DNA of 51,728 nucleotides from Betaproteobacteria bacterium. Its GTDB lineage: Bacteria > Pseudomonadota > Gammaproteobacteria > Burkholderiales > SG8-41. Positions 37,202-46,462 of the stretch are shown here, piece after piece. How positions within the stretch are numbered: position 1 is the first letter of the stretch; each line of letters opens with the position of its first letter. The position numbers and the translations under genes were made by a program. A model generated the notes under the pieces. It searched no databases. It worked only from the letters and a program-made list of their open reading frames with translations, and had not been told where the DNA came from. The DNA lies in the NCBI GenBank assembly GCA_032123035.1, contig JAQBFV010000002.1, forward strand, positions 1-51,728. The letters run 5' to 3'.

Positions 37202-39094
37202 ATGAAAAGCAAACCATTCGAAACGATGCTTTACTCGACCGGCGGCGTGGTGGTGCTGCTCGCCATTCTGGTCGCGGTGAATTTCATCGTTGGGGCCTTC
37301 AGCCTCCGGGCGGATCTGACCGAGGGCCATGTCTACACGCTGTCGCCCGGCACGCGCGCCGTTCTCGGCAAGCTCGAGGCCCCGGTGAAGGTGCGCTTCT
37401 ACTACACGCAGGGCGCAGCAGTGCCCGTGGGCTTGAAAACGTTCGCCAAGCGTGTTGAAGATTTGTTGAATGAATACCGCGCGGCCTCGGGCGGGCGCGT
37501 GATCGTCGAGAAGTTCAATCCCGAGCCGGACTCGGATGCCGAAGACTCGGCCGAGCTCGACGGGGTCGAGGGCCAGCTCACCAACACCGGCGAAAAGTTC
37601 TATCTCGGGCTCGCGATCGCTTTCCTCGACCAGAGGGTAGCGCTGCCGGTGCTCACGCCTGACCGCGAGCGGCTGATGGAATACGACATTACGCGTGCCA
37701 TCGCACAGGTCGCCGCCGCCAAGAAGCCGGTGGTGGGTGTAATGAGCGCGCTGCCGGTTTTCGGGCGCTCGCTCAACCCGCTCACCAAGCAGCGGCCGAG
37801 CGATCCCTGGGTGCTCATTTCCGAGCTCAAGCGCGGATTCGAGTTGCGCGAAATAAAGATCGATGCGAAAAAGATCCCCGATGACATCAAGGTGCTGCTC
37901 GTCATCCATCCGCGTGACATGCTGGAGGACACCGAGTACGCAATCGATCAGTTCGTCCTGCGCGGCGGCAAGCTCATCGCCTTCGTCGATCCGTACGCCT
38001 ACTTCGACCAGCAGCCCGACATGCAAAACCCGTTCGGTGGCTCGCGCGCCGGGCAGTCGACGTTCTACCGGCTGTTCAAGGCCTGGGGCGTGGACGTGGA
38101 TATGGGCAAGGTGATCGCAGATATGACGTTCGCGAGCGGGGCCGGTCCCCGGCTGCTGCCCACGCTGCTCTCGCTCAACACGCAGGCACTGAATAGGGAC
38201 GACGTGGTGACGAGCCAGGTCGGCACGCTGCTCATTCCCTTCGGCGGCGCGTTCAAGGGCAAGCCCGCGGAGGGGCTGACGCAGACCGTGCTTGCCCACA
38301 CTTCCAAGAACGCGACGCCCGTGGACCTGATCATCGCCACGCTTTCCGGCGAGCCATCTACGCGCGGCTTCGAGCCCTCGGGCGAGGAGATGCCGCTCGC
38401 GATCCGGCTCACTGGCACTTTCCATACGGCCTTCCCAGAGGGTAAGCCCAAACCGTACGGCGCTCCGCGTGACCAGCAGAAAAAGGCGGACGATGCCAAG
38501 GAAAAAGCGGCGACGGAGCTCCAGATCAAGCGATCGGCGGAGGAGAATTTCGTGGTTCTGGTCGCGGACGTCGATATGCTCACCGACAACGCCGCAGTCG
38601 ACGTGCAGGAAATATTTGGTCAGCGCGTCGTCATTCCACGTAACGGCAACCTCGCGCTGGCGCAGGGCCTGGTCGAGCAGCTCGGGGGCGACGACGCGCT
38701 CATCAGCCTGAGAAGCCGCGCCGCCTTCAGCCGGCCGTTGACCGTGGTCCGGGAGATGGAGGCGCAGGCGCAGCAGCAGTACCTCGGCAAGATCAAGGAG
38801 CTGGAGGACGGCCTCAACCAGACCCAGGAGAAGCTGCAGTCCTTGCAGAAGGCGGGCGCGGGCAAATCGGCCGCGATACTCACGGCCGAACAGCAGGCTG
38901 AGCTCGAGAGCTTCCGCAAGAAGGCGGTGGAAACGCGGCTGGAGCTGAAGGCGCTCAGGAAAAACTTGCGCGTAGAGAGCGACCGGCTCGAGTTGTGGAC
39001 CAAGGTAATCAATATCGCGCTCATCCCGCTGCTCGTCGGGCTGATCGGGCTCCTGCTGGCTCTGGCAAGGCGAGGGAGGGAACGAGCAGCATGA
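37202..39094 (+). CDS. GldG-like ABC-system auxiliary protein
   Basis: 630 aa with N- and C-terminal TM anchors around a large periplasmic part. It occupies the third position after the GldA/GldF-like genes. Confidence 0.7.
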   Translation: MKSKPFETMLYSTGGVVVLLAILVAVNFIVGAFSLRADLTEGHVYTLSPGTRAVLGKLEAPVKVRFYYTQGAAVPVGLKTFAKRVEDLLNEYRAASGGRVIVEKFNPEPDSDAEDSAELDGVEGQLTNTGEKFYLGLAIAFLDQRVALPVLTPDRERLMEYDITRAIAQVAAAKKPVVGVMSALPVFGRSLNPLTKQRPSDPWVLISELKRGFELREIKIDAKKIPDDIKVLLVIHPRDMLEDTEYAIDQFVLRGGKLIAFVDPYAYFDQQPDMQNPFGGSRAGQSTFYRLFKAWGVDVDMGKVIADMTFASGAGPRLLPTLLSLNTQALNRDDVVTSQVGTLLIPFGGAFKGKPAEGLTQTVLAHTSKNATPVDLIIATLSGEPSTRGFEPSGEEMPLAIRLTGTFHTAFPEGKPKPYGAPRDQQKKADDAKEKAATELQIKRSAEENFVVLVADVDMLTDNAAVDVQEIFGQRVVIPRNGNLALAQGLVEQLGGDDALISLRSRAAFSRPLTVVREMEAQAQQQYLGKIKELEDGLNQTQEKLQSLQKAGAGKSAAILTAEQQAELESFRKKAVETRLELKALRKNLRVESDRLELWTKVINIALIPLLVGLIGLLLALARRGRERAA

Positions 39095-40221
39095 ACCGCA
39101 AGCAATTTTTGACCCTGATCATTGCGCTGGTGGTGTTTGGCGGCGCCGGGCTCGCTCTCTTCTGGCAGGACATCACCGCGTATCGCGAAAGCGGCGCCAA
39201 GATCGGCGCCAAGCTGCTGCCGGATCTCAAGATCGCCGATGTTGCCGAGATCCGGCTGCGGGACGCGAAGCACGAGGTTACGCTCGTGCGCAAAGAGAAT
39301 GGGTGGGTGGTGCAGGAGCGAGCTGGTTATTCCGCCAACTTCAACGCTATCAGCGACCTCATGGTGAAGCTGATCGGACTCAAGATCACACAAACCGAGC
39401 AGGTCGCGGCCAAGCTCTACCCGCGGCTCGACCTGGGCGAGCCGGGCAAGGGAGAAGGCGCGGGGATCGTGATGGAATTCAAGGACGCGGCGGGCACGTC
39501 CCTGGCGCGCATCATCCTGGGCAAGAAGGTTCTGAAGGAGGACCGTATGAATCCTCTGCCGGGTGCGAGAGAAGGCGTGCCGGCGGGGCGCTACGTGCTG
39601 CCCCCCGGCGCGAAGGATCGGGTGGTCGCGGTCTCTGATCCGCTCGACGCTGCGGAGGCTGCCCCTTCAAAGTGGCTGAAGAAGGACTTCTTCAAGGCAG
39701 AGCGCATTAAGACGCTCGCGGTCGGACCCGAAGGCGGTGCGCCGGAGTGGAAGGTCACCCGCAAGGAGGAGTGGGGCGACTGGCGTTTTACGAACGGCGC
39801 CGCGCTCGACGCGAGCGCGGCGGTGACAGCCGGCAACAAGCTGGGTTCGATGAATTTTGTCGATATCGTGCCCGATGCTGATCGCGACCCCGTGCACAAG
39901 GCGACCGTGGCCGTAGCCGAGACGTTCGATAACCTCACGTATCACTTCAGGATCGCCAAGCGCAAAGTTGGCGATGACTATCAGGTGAGCGTCACGGTGT
40001 CGGGTACTCCGCCACGCAAGCGTGTGCCGGAGAAGGGCGAGAAGCCGGAGGACAAGGAGGGCCGCGACAAGAATTTTGCCGAGACGCTCAAGGCGCTCGA
40101 AGAGCGCATTGCCGCGGAAACGGCCCTCGCCAAGTGGGCGTATATCGTTGCCGGCAGCGAGGTCGAGCCCTTGCTGAAGACCCGCAGCGAAATGACAGCA
40201 GCCAAGCCCTCGAAGAAATGA
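39091..40221 (+). CDS. DUF4340-like membrane-anchored protein
   Basis: ATGA overlap with the preceding gene. MNRKQFLTLIIALVVFGGAGLALFW is a TM anchor. The fourth-gene position is commonly taken by DUF4340 proteins (family assignment from memory). Confidence 0.55.
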   Translation: MNRKQFLTLIIALVVFGGAGLALFWQDITAYRESGAKIGAKLLPDLKIADVAEIRLRDAKHEVTLVRKENGWVVQERAGYSANFNAISDLMVKLIGLKITQTEQVAAKLYPRLDLGEPGKGEGAGIVMEFKDAAGTSLARIILGKKVLKEDRMNPLPGAREGVPAGRYVLPPGAKDRVVAVSDPLDAAEAAPSKWLKKDFFKAERIKTLAVGPEGGAPEWKVTRKEEWGDWRFTNGAALDASAAVTAGNKLGSMNFVDIVPDADRDPVHKATVAVAETFDNLTYHFRIAKRKVGDDYQVSVTVSGTPPRKRVPEKGEKPEDKEGRDKNFAETLKALEERIAAETALAKWAYIVAGSEVEPLLKTRSEMTAAKPSKK

Positions 40222-40301
40222 TTTAAAGAAACGGGGCCCGGCACCGCGCTATAATTAACGGTGCCGCTTGCGCGCATTTTCGCGGAGCCGCAATTGCCCT
40301 C

Positions 40302-40697
40302 ATGCGCAGCAGTTTCCGCATCCTGGCCGCCTTTCTGCCGTGCGTGGCGCTGTCCGCCTGCACGACGGCGCTCCATGGCTACCAATCCTCGGGCGGCGGC
40401 TCGACGACGACGGTGACGTCCGCGAGCGTGGCTGCATTTGCGTCGAGCTCAAACGCGAGCGTGTCGTTCGTCTCCGGGCCGAGAGTCCCCGCGAATGCCC
40501 CGGGCGGTCAGCTCACGCTGAGCAGCAGCTCCGCCGGGGCGTTAGGGGTCGCCGTTATCATCGGCGTCCTCGCGAGCTATATCGTGGAAGAGGAGGGGCC
40601 GACACCGCTGCCCGCGGGTACCAGGATCTTGCACACCTGCTCCTGCTACGGCTACCAACCACCGGCAACGAATGAACCGGTAATGAGTAATGAGTGA
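40302..40697 (+). CDS. small lipoprotein, Ser/Thr/Gly-rich, function unknown
   Basis: MRSSFRILAAFLPCVALSACTT contains the lipobox LSAC. The last six codons (PVMSNE) are supplied by the following repeat element. Confidence 0.5.
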   Translation: MRSSFRILAAFLPCVALSACTTALHGYQSSGGGSTTTVTSASVAAFASSSNASVSFVSGPRVPANAPGGQLTLSSSSAGALGVAVIIGVLASYIVEEEGPTPLPAGTRILHTCSCYGYQPPATNEPVMSNE

Positions 40698-40769
40698 TGA
40701 GTAATGCGCGGGAAAAACCGCTACTCGCGCCCGTTCACCCATTACCCATTACCCATTACCCATTACCCG
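40679..40769. repeat. heptad-repeat hairpin element (GTAATGA)n vs (ACCCATT)x4
   Basis: The left arm is ggtaatgagtaatgagtgatgagtaatg. The right arm holds four perfect ACCCATT units (40737-40764). The arms are complementary except for one A/C position per heptad. Confidence 0.85.
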
Positions 40770-40770
40770 A

Positions 40771-40965
40771 ATGAAGCTGAGAGAAATTCTGAAATCGCCG
40801 GTGTTCGCACTTGGCCACAAGTGGGACTTCAAGAAACGCACCGACGCCTATGAGTCGGATACGACCGCGCTCATCCGGCGCATGCTGGACGAGGCCGCGA
40901 TACGCGACGACCAGGACTGGGCGTGGGAGCGCTGGCGCAACGACGCGAGCGCCCTTAAGAAGTGA
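40771..40965 (+). CDS. small hypothetical protein (64 aa), possibly DUF3460-like
   Basis: ORF MKLREILKSPVFALGHKWDFKKRTDAYESDTTALIRRMLDEAAIRDDQDWAWERWRND. It is bracketed by two hairpin elements. The family guess is from memory only. Confidence 0.4.
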   Translation: MKLREILKSPVFALGHKWDFKKRTDAYESDTTALIRRMLDEAAIRDDQDWAWERWRNDASALKK

Positions 40966-41050
40966 GTTCCGAGTTCAAGGTTCAAAGTTCAAGGTCGAAG
41001 ACGTAGGTCGTGTCCTTTGAACGTTGAACCTGGAACATTGAACCTTGAAC
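40966..41050. repeat. heptad-repeat hairpin element (GTTCAAR)n / (YTTGAAC)n
   Basis: 40973-40985 gttcaaggttcaa is the exact reverse complement of 41038-41050 ttgaaccttgaac. It lies between convergent genes and is followed by the GC hairpin 41051-41066. Confidence 0.85.
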
Positions 41051-41057
41051 GCCGCCG

Positions 41058-41999
41058 TCAGGCGGCGTGATGGCTGACTACCTCCAGCACACGCGTCCCG
41101 TCCGCGTTCCTGACCTCGGTGTGTATCCCCGCGAAGCTGCGCCCCTCGTGAAAACGTTGCGAGCGGATCTTTAGCGAGCGGCCCTGCCCGGGGCTGATGA
41201 ACCAGGCCGAAATGGCGGAGAGCCGGGGATGCCGCGGCGCCGCGGCCTGCGCGGTCACGGCCGCCAGTCCCAGCAGCAGGCCGCCCTGCACATGCCCGAC
41301 GCGGTTGCCGTGCTGGGGGCCGATTTTCACGTGACAACGCGCGCCATCGGCGGATGCCTGCGGCAGCGCGCTCCAGAAATGCTCAATGAAAGCGTGGCGC
41401 CGATCGGCGCGTCGGAGCGCCGAGTCGCACGCTTTCATTATGGCGCGTTCGCCTGATTCGAGCCCCTCCTCGTCAAAGGCCACGACCCGGCCGCGGCCTT
41501 TGCGCTGCCACGGGAGCGGCGCAAGCTTCACGCCCGCCGGCGCGGGCAACACCACGAAGCTACCCATGGCATGGCACACCGGCTTGCCGCCGGCATGAAT
41601 CGTCACGCTGGAGAGGGCCTCGCGCACCGCGCCGCCCGTGGTGAAGCTCTCAAGACGCGACTTGGCGCTCAGCTTGCCCTGCAATGGCTGGCCAGTGAAC
41701 TGCGCATGCAGGTGCACCGTGGCCTGGCGCACGCCGCGCTTGATTTTAAGGCGTGGTGCCGTCGCGAGCGCAGTGTCGAGCAGCACGCTAAAGGCGGTAA
41801 GCGCGATGGAGCCGTCGGTGGCGCGGCAATGTGGGCCATCGGGCATCGTTTCCTCGAGACGGTCGGTGCCGATCCGTGGCCACTCGAGACCGAGAAAGTA
41901 GCCGGGGAAGTGAAAGCCGGGGAGACGGTTCGCCGTCAGCGCTGAGATGACACGGCGGCGAATGCTGGCTGCGGCGGGAGCGTTGGGGGTCTTGCGCAC
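41058..41999 (-). CDS. PaaI/hotdog-fold thioesterase family protein (apparently double hotdog)
   Basis: 313 aa with a GTG start whose position is uncertain. The C-terminal half has GNRVGHVQGGLLLGLAAVTAQAA, typical of PaaI-type thioesterases. The N-terminal half has a similar length and pattern. Confidence 0.55.
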   Translation of the reverse strand: MRKTPNAPAAASIRRRVISALTANRLPGFHFPGYFLGLEWPRIGTDRLEETMPDGPHCRATDGSIALTAFSVLLDTALATAPRLKIKRGVRQATVHLHAQFTGQPLQGKLSAKSRLESFTTGGAVREALSSVTIHAGGKPVCHAMGSFVVLPAPAGVKLAPLPWQRKGRGRVVAFDEEGLESGERAIMKACDSALRRADRRHAFIEHFWSALPQASADGARCHVKIGPQHGNRVGHVQGGLLLGLAAVTAQAAAPRHPRLSAISAWFISPGQGRSLKIRSQRFHEGRSFAGIHTEVRNADGTRVLEVVSHHAA

Positions 42000-42071
42000 C
42001 CGCGGATTCTACGTGATCGATCGGCGCCGGGGCGCGCTCGTCACGCGCGTAGGTTAAAATCACACGCGAAA

Positions 42072-43256
42072 ATGGGACACGATCCCGAACTGAATGCTCC
42101 GGGCGCGTCCCTGGCGCCTCGCGTCGTCAGGCTCTACGAGCTCCTTGTTCTCGTGCTCTTGTGGAACGGGGCCTACAAGGGCGCTCGCATCGTCAATACC
42201 CTCTACGCGCTGGATCTTGGGGCCGAGCCTTTCGATACCGGCCTGTTGCTGGCCACCTACGGCGTCGTACCGCTACTGCTGGCAGTGTTTACCGGCCGCC
42301 TCGGGGACCGTTATGGCGTGCGCCTGCCGATTGCGGTCGGTCTGGTCGTTACGGCGACGGGCATTGTGCTGCCGTTCTTTTGGCCTGCCTTCGGCATGTT
42401 GTTCGTAGCCGCCGCCGTTACCGGCGCGGGGTTCATCCTGGTCCAAGTGTCGATGCAGGCGCTGTTCGGCGCGCTGGGCAGCGGCGCGACGCGCACGCGC
42501 AACATCAATCTCTATGCGCTCGTCGTATCGAGCGCCGACTTCGCTGGCGCCATCCTCGCCGGATTCGCCATCGATCATCTGGGCCACGCCCGCAGCTATC
42601 TGGCCCTGGGCGCGATGTGCCTTGCGGCGGTGCTGGGCATGGCGTATCTCTACCGCCGCGTTCCCAGTGCAACGCCCGCGCCGGTCGCCCGCGGCCCGCG
42701 GCGCATGACCGATCTTTTGCGCAACAAGGCCCTGCGGCGCATGCTGCTTGCAGGCGCCACGGTCGTGGCCGGCGTCGATCTTTTCCAGCTCTTCATGCCG
42801 ATCTACGGGTACTCGATCGGCTTATCCGCGTCGGCGATCGGGATCACAATGGGTTGCTTTGCCGCCGCCGGGTTCGTGACCCGGGCGATGCTGCCCGCCC
42901 TGGTGCGCCGCTTCGGGGAGGAGCGCACGCTCCTCTATTCGATGACGCTCGGAGCCGCAACGTTCTTACTGATCCCGCTGTTTGAAACTCCGATCACCCT
43001 CGGTATCGTCTGTTTCCTCCTCGGCCTGGGATTGGGGCTTGGGCAGCCTCTGACCGTGATACTCACGTACAACCACGCGCCGCCAGGGCGGGCCGGTGAA
43101 GGGCTCGGATTGAGAATCGCGATCATCAATACGTCTCATGTCGGCGTGCCGGCGCTGTTTGGCGCCGTCGGCTCGCTCATGGGGACCTTGCCGGTATTCT
43201 GGGTGATCGCGGGTGTCATCGCGCTCGGAGGTGTCACAATCCGCAAGCACGTCTGA
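42072..43256 (+). CDS. MFS transporter
   Basis: 394 aa with about 12 hydrophobic segments. Loop motif GRLGDRYGVR between TM2 and TM3. Confidence 0.85.
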   Translation: MGHDPELNAPGASLAPRVVRLYELLVLVLLWNGAYKGARIVNTLYALDLGAEPFDTGLLLATYGVVPLLLAVFTGRLGDRYGVRLPIAVGLVVTATGIVLPFFWPAFGMLFVAAAVTGAGFILVQVSMQALFGALGSGATRTRNINLYALVVSSADFAGAILAGFAIDHLGHARSYLALGAMCLAAVLGMAYLYRRVPSATPAPVARGPRRMTDLLRNKALRRMLLAGATVVAGVDLFQLFMPIYGYSIGLSASAIGITMGCFAAAGFVTRAMLPALVRRFGEERTLLYSMTLGAATFLLIPLFETPITLGIVCFLLGLGLGLGQPLTVILTYNHAPPGRAGEGLGLRIAIINTSHVGVPALFGAVGSLMGTLPVFWVIAGVIALGGVTIRKHV

Positions 43257-43389
43257 GCCGGGCTGTACCGAGAAGCGCCGACCCTGAACTGCGTTAAACT
43301 TAAAGCTTCGCGCCGGCTTGGCCTTGCGGCGTAGAGCCGGCGACACGGCGGCAACCCGACGAGCACTTCATCCTCTCAGGAGCACGAAT

Positions 43390-44364
43390 ATGAAGATCGC
43401 GGTCATTGATGACTATCAGGACGCTTTCCGCAGTCTCGAGTGTTACGCCAGCCTCGAGGGGCACGAGGTCGTCGTCTTCAACGATACGGAAAAGGATCCG
43501 GCGAAGCTTGCCGAGCGATTGAAGGACGCCGACATCGTGCTGCTCACCCAGCAGCGCTCGCGTTTTCCGCGCGCGGTCATCGAGCGCCTGCCGAAGCTCA
43601 AGCTGATCAGCCAGACCGGAGGAAACGTCGCCCATATTGACAAGGCAACGTGCACCGAGCGCGGCGTTGTGATCTCGGGCGCGGGTAGAGGCAATCCCAG
43701 CCCGACTGCGGAGCTAACGTGGAGCCTGATCCTCTCTGCGCTTCGTTCCATTCCGTACGAGGTTCAGCGGTTGAAGGAAGGCCATTGGCAATCCACGGTC
43801 GGGGACAGCGTAAAGGGCAAGATTCTCGGCGTCTACGCGTTCGGGAAGATCGGCAGCGTGGTTGCGAAAGTGGGCAAGGCGTTCGAGATGCGCGTCGTGT
43901 GCTTCGGCCGCGAGGCCTCGACCGCGCGCGCCTGTGAAGCGGGATTCGACGTCGCGGGCAGCCGCGATGAGTTTTTCTCGTCCGCCGATGTTCTGACGCT
44001 GCACCTGCCGCTGAACCCGGAGACGCGTGGCATCGTCAAGCGCGCGGACCTCGCGCGCATGAAGCCAGCTGCGCTTATCGTGAATACGAGCCGTGCTCCG
44101 TTGATCGAGGAGGGCGCGCTGGTGGAAGCGCTCAAGGAGGGAAGGCCGGGGCGCGCCGCGGTGGACGTGTACGAGGACGAGCCGGTTTTAGGCGCGAATC
44201 ACCCGCTTATCAAGATGCCCAACGTCGTGTGCACGCCGCACCTCGGCTACGTGGAAACGGGAAATTACAGCTCCATCTACGCTACGGCGGTCGAGAATAT
44301 CGTCGCCTTCATTTCGGGAAAGCCGATTAACGTGCTCAACCCCGAAGCGCTTAACAAGAACTGA
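43390..44364 (+). CDS. D-isomer-specific 2-hydroxyacid dehydrogenase family protein
   Basis: Internal ATG gives MKIAVIDDYQD. NAD fold GVYAFGKIGSVVA, and C-terminal VVCTPHLGY catalytic His context. Confidence 0.85.
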   Translation: MKIAVIDDYQDAFRSLECYASLEGHEVVVFNDTEKDPAKLAERLKDADIVLLTQQRSRFPRAVIERLPKLKLISQTGGNVAHIDKATCTERGVVISGAGRGNPSPTAELTWSLILSALRSIPYEVQRLKEGHWQSTVGDSVKGKILGVYAFGKIGSVVAKVGKAFEMRVVCFGREASTARACEAGFDVAGSRDEFFSSADVLTLHLPLNPETRGIVKRADLARMKPAALIVNTSRAPLIEEGALVEALKEGRPGRAAVDVYEDEPVLGANHPLIKMPNVVCTPHLGYVETGNYSSIYATAVENIVAFISGKPINVLNPEALNKN

Positions 44365-44620
44365 ACCGCCAAGACGCCGAGAGAAGCAAAAACAGTAATT
44401 GAACCGCGGAGGCGCGGAGAGAAGCAGAATCGGATCTGAACCGCCATGACGCCAAGGCCGCCAAGAAGAACAGATCTCAATACACGGCCCACCGTTTACC
44501 GTTCACGGAATTTGCAGAACCGCCAAGCAAAAGGAAAGGCTCAGACTCTTATGCTCTCTGTGTTCTCGGCGGCCTCGGCGGTTCGATAATGTTTTTGTAG
44601 GTTTCCCTTGGCGGTGAAGG
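44363..44620. repeat. composite repeat region of the GAACCGCCAAG type (four direct heads plus inverted copies)
   Basis: gaaccgcc(a/g)(a/t)g occurs at 44363, 44401 (gaaccgcggag), 44438 and 44517. The inverted copy ctcggcggttc is at 44574-44584, and cccttggcgg at 44606-44615. Related to 21047-21136. Confidence 0.75.
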
Positions 44621-44640
44621 TTTTCGTGTAAGGAGAAGTA

Positions 44641-46323
44641 ATGGCAAAGATGGGATGTGGTCGTGCCGCGGTTGAGGCATTGCGCTCTGCGGGCGTGACA
44701 AAGATATTCGGATTGATGGGCTCGAGCGTGCTCGAGATGTACGACGCGCTCTATGACATGAAAGACATGGCGTACATCGGCGTGCGGCACGAAAATTGCG
44801 GGGCCCATATGGCGGACGCCTACGGACGCATCACTCAGGCGCCCGGGCTATTTATTTGCGGGCAGGCAGGGCCCGGGTCGGCCAACATGCTGCTCGGGCT
44901 TGCAGCGGCAAAGTTGGCCTATTCACCGCTGGTGGTGATTACAGGCCTTCCCTCGACCGAGCACCTGGGCCGCGACTCATTCCAGGAGATCGACCAGCAG
45001 ACGCTGTTCCTCCCGGTGACCAAACGCGTGATGACGGTGCCGCGCGCGGACCGCATACCCGAGTTCATCATGGAGGCGTTCCGGATTGCTGACGCCGGGC
45101 GCCGCGGTCCGGTTGTGGTGCAGATACCGCGAGATCTCTTCAACCAAGACATAGATGTTGCCATCCCGCCGCCGGGTTCCAGCGCGAAAGTTACCGGTGG
45201 CGCGGTGGATCGCGCGACACTCGACAAGGTGAAGTCGATGCTCATGGCAGCGCGCGCCCCGATCATCCACGCGGGTGCCGGAATCAAGTGGAGCCGTGCG
45301 ACGGCGCCGCTCCTCGCGCTCGCGGAAAAGCTCCAGCTCCCGATCACCATGTCGGCCGCCCATGGCGACCTCGCGCCGATCGACCATCCGCTCTATGCCG
45401 GGACTGTCGGGGCGCGCGGGAACGCAGTCGCGAGCGGGCTCATGCGCGAGGCCGACGTCGTGCTCGCGCTCGGGACGCGCCTCGGGTTCAATACCACGCG
45501 CTACAACCACGACCACCTCTCGCCGTCGGCGAAGATCGTGCAGGTGGACATCGACCCGGTGGCGATTGGCCGTTATTTCCCGGTAGCGGTCGGGATCGCC
45601 GGTGACGCCGGCGTGGTGACGGCGGCCCTGGCGGGCGCGGTCGAGGCGATTCCGCCGGACCGGGTTCCGTGGAAGGCTCGCAATGAGAAGTTCGTGAAGG
45701 AACGTCAGCAGCTGTGGCAGACGCGGGCCGAGGCGGGCAGTCGAAACGGCAAACCGCTGCACCCGGACACGATCTTTGCCGAGCTGCGCAAGGTGGCCCC
45801 GCGGGATGCGCTGTTTACCATCGACGCCGGCACAACGTGCCTGCAGGCAACCGATCAGCTGCCGTATTACACGCCCCCGGCGCTGGTCGCGCCGCTTGAC
45901 TGCGGCAACATTGGTTTTTCGTACGCCGCAGGTCTCGGCGCGAAAACGGCCGCCCCGGAACGCACGGTCATCTCCCTCATGGGAGACGGCGGTTTCGGCA
46001 TGACAATGGGCGAAATGAACACTGCGGTCATGCACGACATTCCGACGATTGCACTCGTCATGGACAACGGGACGTGGGGCGCGGAGATCGCCTACCAGCG
46101 CGACTTCTACAACCGCCGCTACATCGGCGCGCACGTGCAATCGCCGCGCTTCGACGAGGTGATGAAGCTCTGCGGGGGCGTCGGCTATTTCGCGACCGAA
46201 CCGGGCGAGACGGGGGACGCCATCAACCAGGCCATGAAGGAGCGCAAGCCCGCGGTGATCCACGTCAAGGTCGACCCGGAAGCGGTGATCAGCTTCAGGA
46301 CCGATGCCCTCAAAAAACGGTGA
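44641..46323 (+). CDS. thiamine-pyrophosphate-dependent enzyme (acetolactate synthase-like family)
   Basis: 560 aa with an AAGGAG SD. TPP-binding motif GDGGFGMTMGEMNTAV...MDNGTWG. Confidence 0.85.
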   Translation: MAKMGCGRAAVEALRSAGVTKIFGLMGSSVLEMYDALYDMKDMAYIGVRHENCGAHMADAYGRITQAPGLFICGQAGPGSANMLLGLAAAKLAYSPLVVITGLPSTEHLGRDSFQEIDQQTLFLPVTKRVMTVPRADRIPEFIMEAFRIADAGRRGPVVVQIPRDLFNQDIDVAIPPPGSSAKVTGGAVDRATLDKVKSMLMAARAPIIHAGAGIKWSRATAPLLALAEKLQLPITMSAAHGDLAPIDHPLYAGTVGARGNAVASGLMREADVVLALGTRLGFNTTRYNHDHLSPSAKIVQVDIDPVAIGRYFPVAVGIAGDAGVVTAALAGAVEAIPPDRVPWKARNEKFVKERQQLWQTRAEAGSRNGKPLHPDTIFAELRKVAPRDALFTIDAGTTCLQATDQLPYYTPPALVAPLDCGNIGFSYAAGLGAKTAAPERTVISLMGDGGFGMTMGEMNTAVMHDIPTIALVMDNGTWGAEIAYQRDFYNRRYIGAHVQSPRFDEVMKLCGGVGYFATEPGETGDAINQAMKERKPAVIHVKVDPEAVISFRTDALKKR

Positions 46324-46334
46324 CCCACCACGAA

Positions 46335-46462
46335 AAATGGTGATGAATAATAGTGATGATTAATGGTGATGAGAAATGGTGATAGAAAGCCGAGTGTTTG
46401 GCTAGGGGGGTTGCCCATCACCAGTACCTCATCACCAGTATCTCATCACCAGTTCTCATCAC
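46335..46462. repeat. hairpin element with 13-14-bp period (..GTGATGA..)x4 vs (CATCACC..)x4
   Basis: GTGATGA-like cores at 46340, 46353, 46366 and 46379. CATCACC cores at 46416, 46430, 46444 and 46457. 46365-46373 ggtgatgag can pair with ctcatcacc at 46428-46436 or 46442-46450. It lies between convergent genes. Confidence 0.85.

Noticed and set aside
40239-40266. Hairpin CGGCACCG-N12-CGGTGCCG whose loop contains a perfect TATAAT (40250-40255), as a terminator or promoter between the DUF4340-like gene and the lipoprotein gene.
   Set aside because: There is no U-tract after the stem and no acceptable -35 hexamer at 17 plus or minus 1 nt. It is too ambiguous to annotate.
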